The notes under the pieces were generated by a model. That model did not search any database. It saw nothing but the letters and a program-made list of their open reading frames with translations, and was not told the DNA's origin. A stretch of 64,000 nt of DNA from Mobula birostris (taxonomy: Eukaryota), in assembly GCF_030028105.1 (NCBI RefSeq), contig NC_092374.1, forward strand, positions 176,662,057-176,726,056. Reading direction: 5' to 3'. The first letter of the stretch is position 1, and each line of letters begins with the position of its first letter. Shown here one piece after another: positions 63,365 through 64,000 of the stretch. A program made the position numbers and the translations under genes.

Positions 63365-64000
63365 GGTGCAATGTGAGAAAAATGACCCGACCTACCAGTT
63401 GAACTTCCTGGTGTTGGAACAGACGGTGGGGAACCTGGGGATGGAAATCCCATTAATGAGACACAGGGGAGAGAGGAGAGTTGCACTGCTGAACTGAGTG
63501 CTCAGAAATGCTGGCCGGAGACTGAGTGCCATGTTTGTGGGACGACCATTGCAGACTTGCAATTCACACTCATCAACGTGGAGAAGGAGCAACAGAATTC
63601 CAAGCCGACACTGCGGTCATGTACTGATGAATTAATCCAGCGAGAAGAAACAATGACCCACCTTCGAAGGGATCAGCAGAAACTCAAGACGTCGATCCAG
63701 AAAAGAATGGAAAAACTGAAAGTTCACCTGGAAGACATCATCAGGAAGAAAAAACTGGAGGCTTAACTTCCTTTAACTGCTGCTTTTCAGGTCAGGGTGG
63801 AAGAAGCTGGTGGGGTAGCTGTGTCCCAGATTGAGATGGCCAAGAGCCCTGAGTCAGAATTGCTGAGGCTGTGGCGAGAGTTGAAGGAGTCCCCGAAGAA
63901 GCAGATGTCTCGACTGCAGGAGGCTGAAGGGTAGCCCCGGCTAAATGTTTCAGTTTGGAGAAACTCAAACAGCCGCTACCGATCGAGGGAATGAGGAAGG
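63365..64000 (+). other. Unassigned, decayed coiled-coil ORF with a CxxC (possibly gag-like)
   Basis: ECHVCG followed by a heptad-rich segment (ORF 63557-63766 and a continuation). Stops present; runs off the window. Confidence 0.25.

Overview
Vertebrate genomic DNA, most likely from a cartilaginous fish (ray or shark; inferred from the CR1, Penelope-like, Rex1/Babar and V-SINE repeat complement). The window has two very different halves. LEFT (1 to ~38.1 kb): a tandem cluster of two-exon class A GPCR genes of the GPR139/142-like type, each with a 70-nt coding exon 1, a phase-1 intron and one large exon 2. Two genes are intact, both on the minus strand (7085-9345, 320 aa; 26209-28864, 330 aa). 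Two clear pseudogenes (1546-5830 minus; 35011-37215 plus) and one probable, highly decayed copy (~14.9-18.8 kb minus) are largely invisible in the ORF track. RIGHT (~39.3 to 64 kb): the 3' part of a minus-strand MHC class I-like gene (alpha3/Ig-C1 exon 57787-58053, transmembrane exon 55248-55355, possible tail exons near 46.4-46.7 kb); its alpha1/alpha2 exons are not seen in the window. Much of the rest is retroelements: CR1 (one near full length), Rex1/Babar, R4/Dong, Penelope-like pieces including a recognisable minimal hammerhead ribozyme, Gypsy elements and solo LTRs, SINEs, and Tc1 and possible hAT remnants. The most striking unexplained signal is compositional. The AT-rich GPCR cluster shows essentially no CpG depletion (26 and 19 CpG per 720 nt by hand count), while the class I-like half is strongly depleted (3 and 1 per 720 nt). 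The switch falls across a young CR1 copy at 38.1-39.3 kb. Repeat family names come from remembered motifs rather than database searches, and repeat boundaries are approximate.
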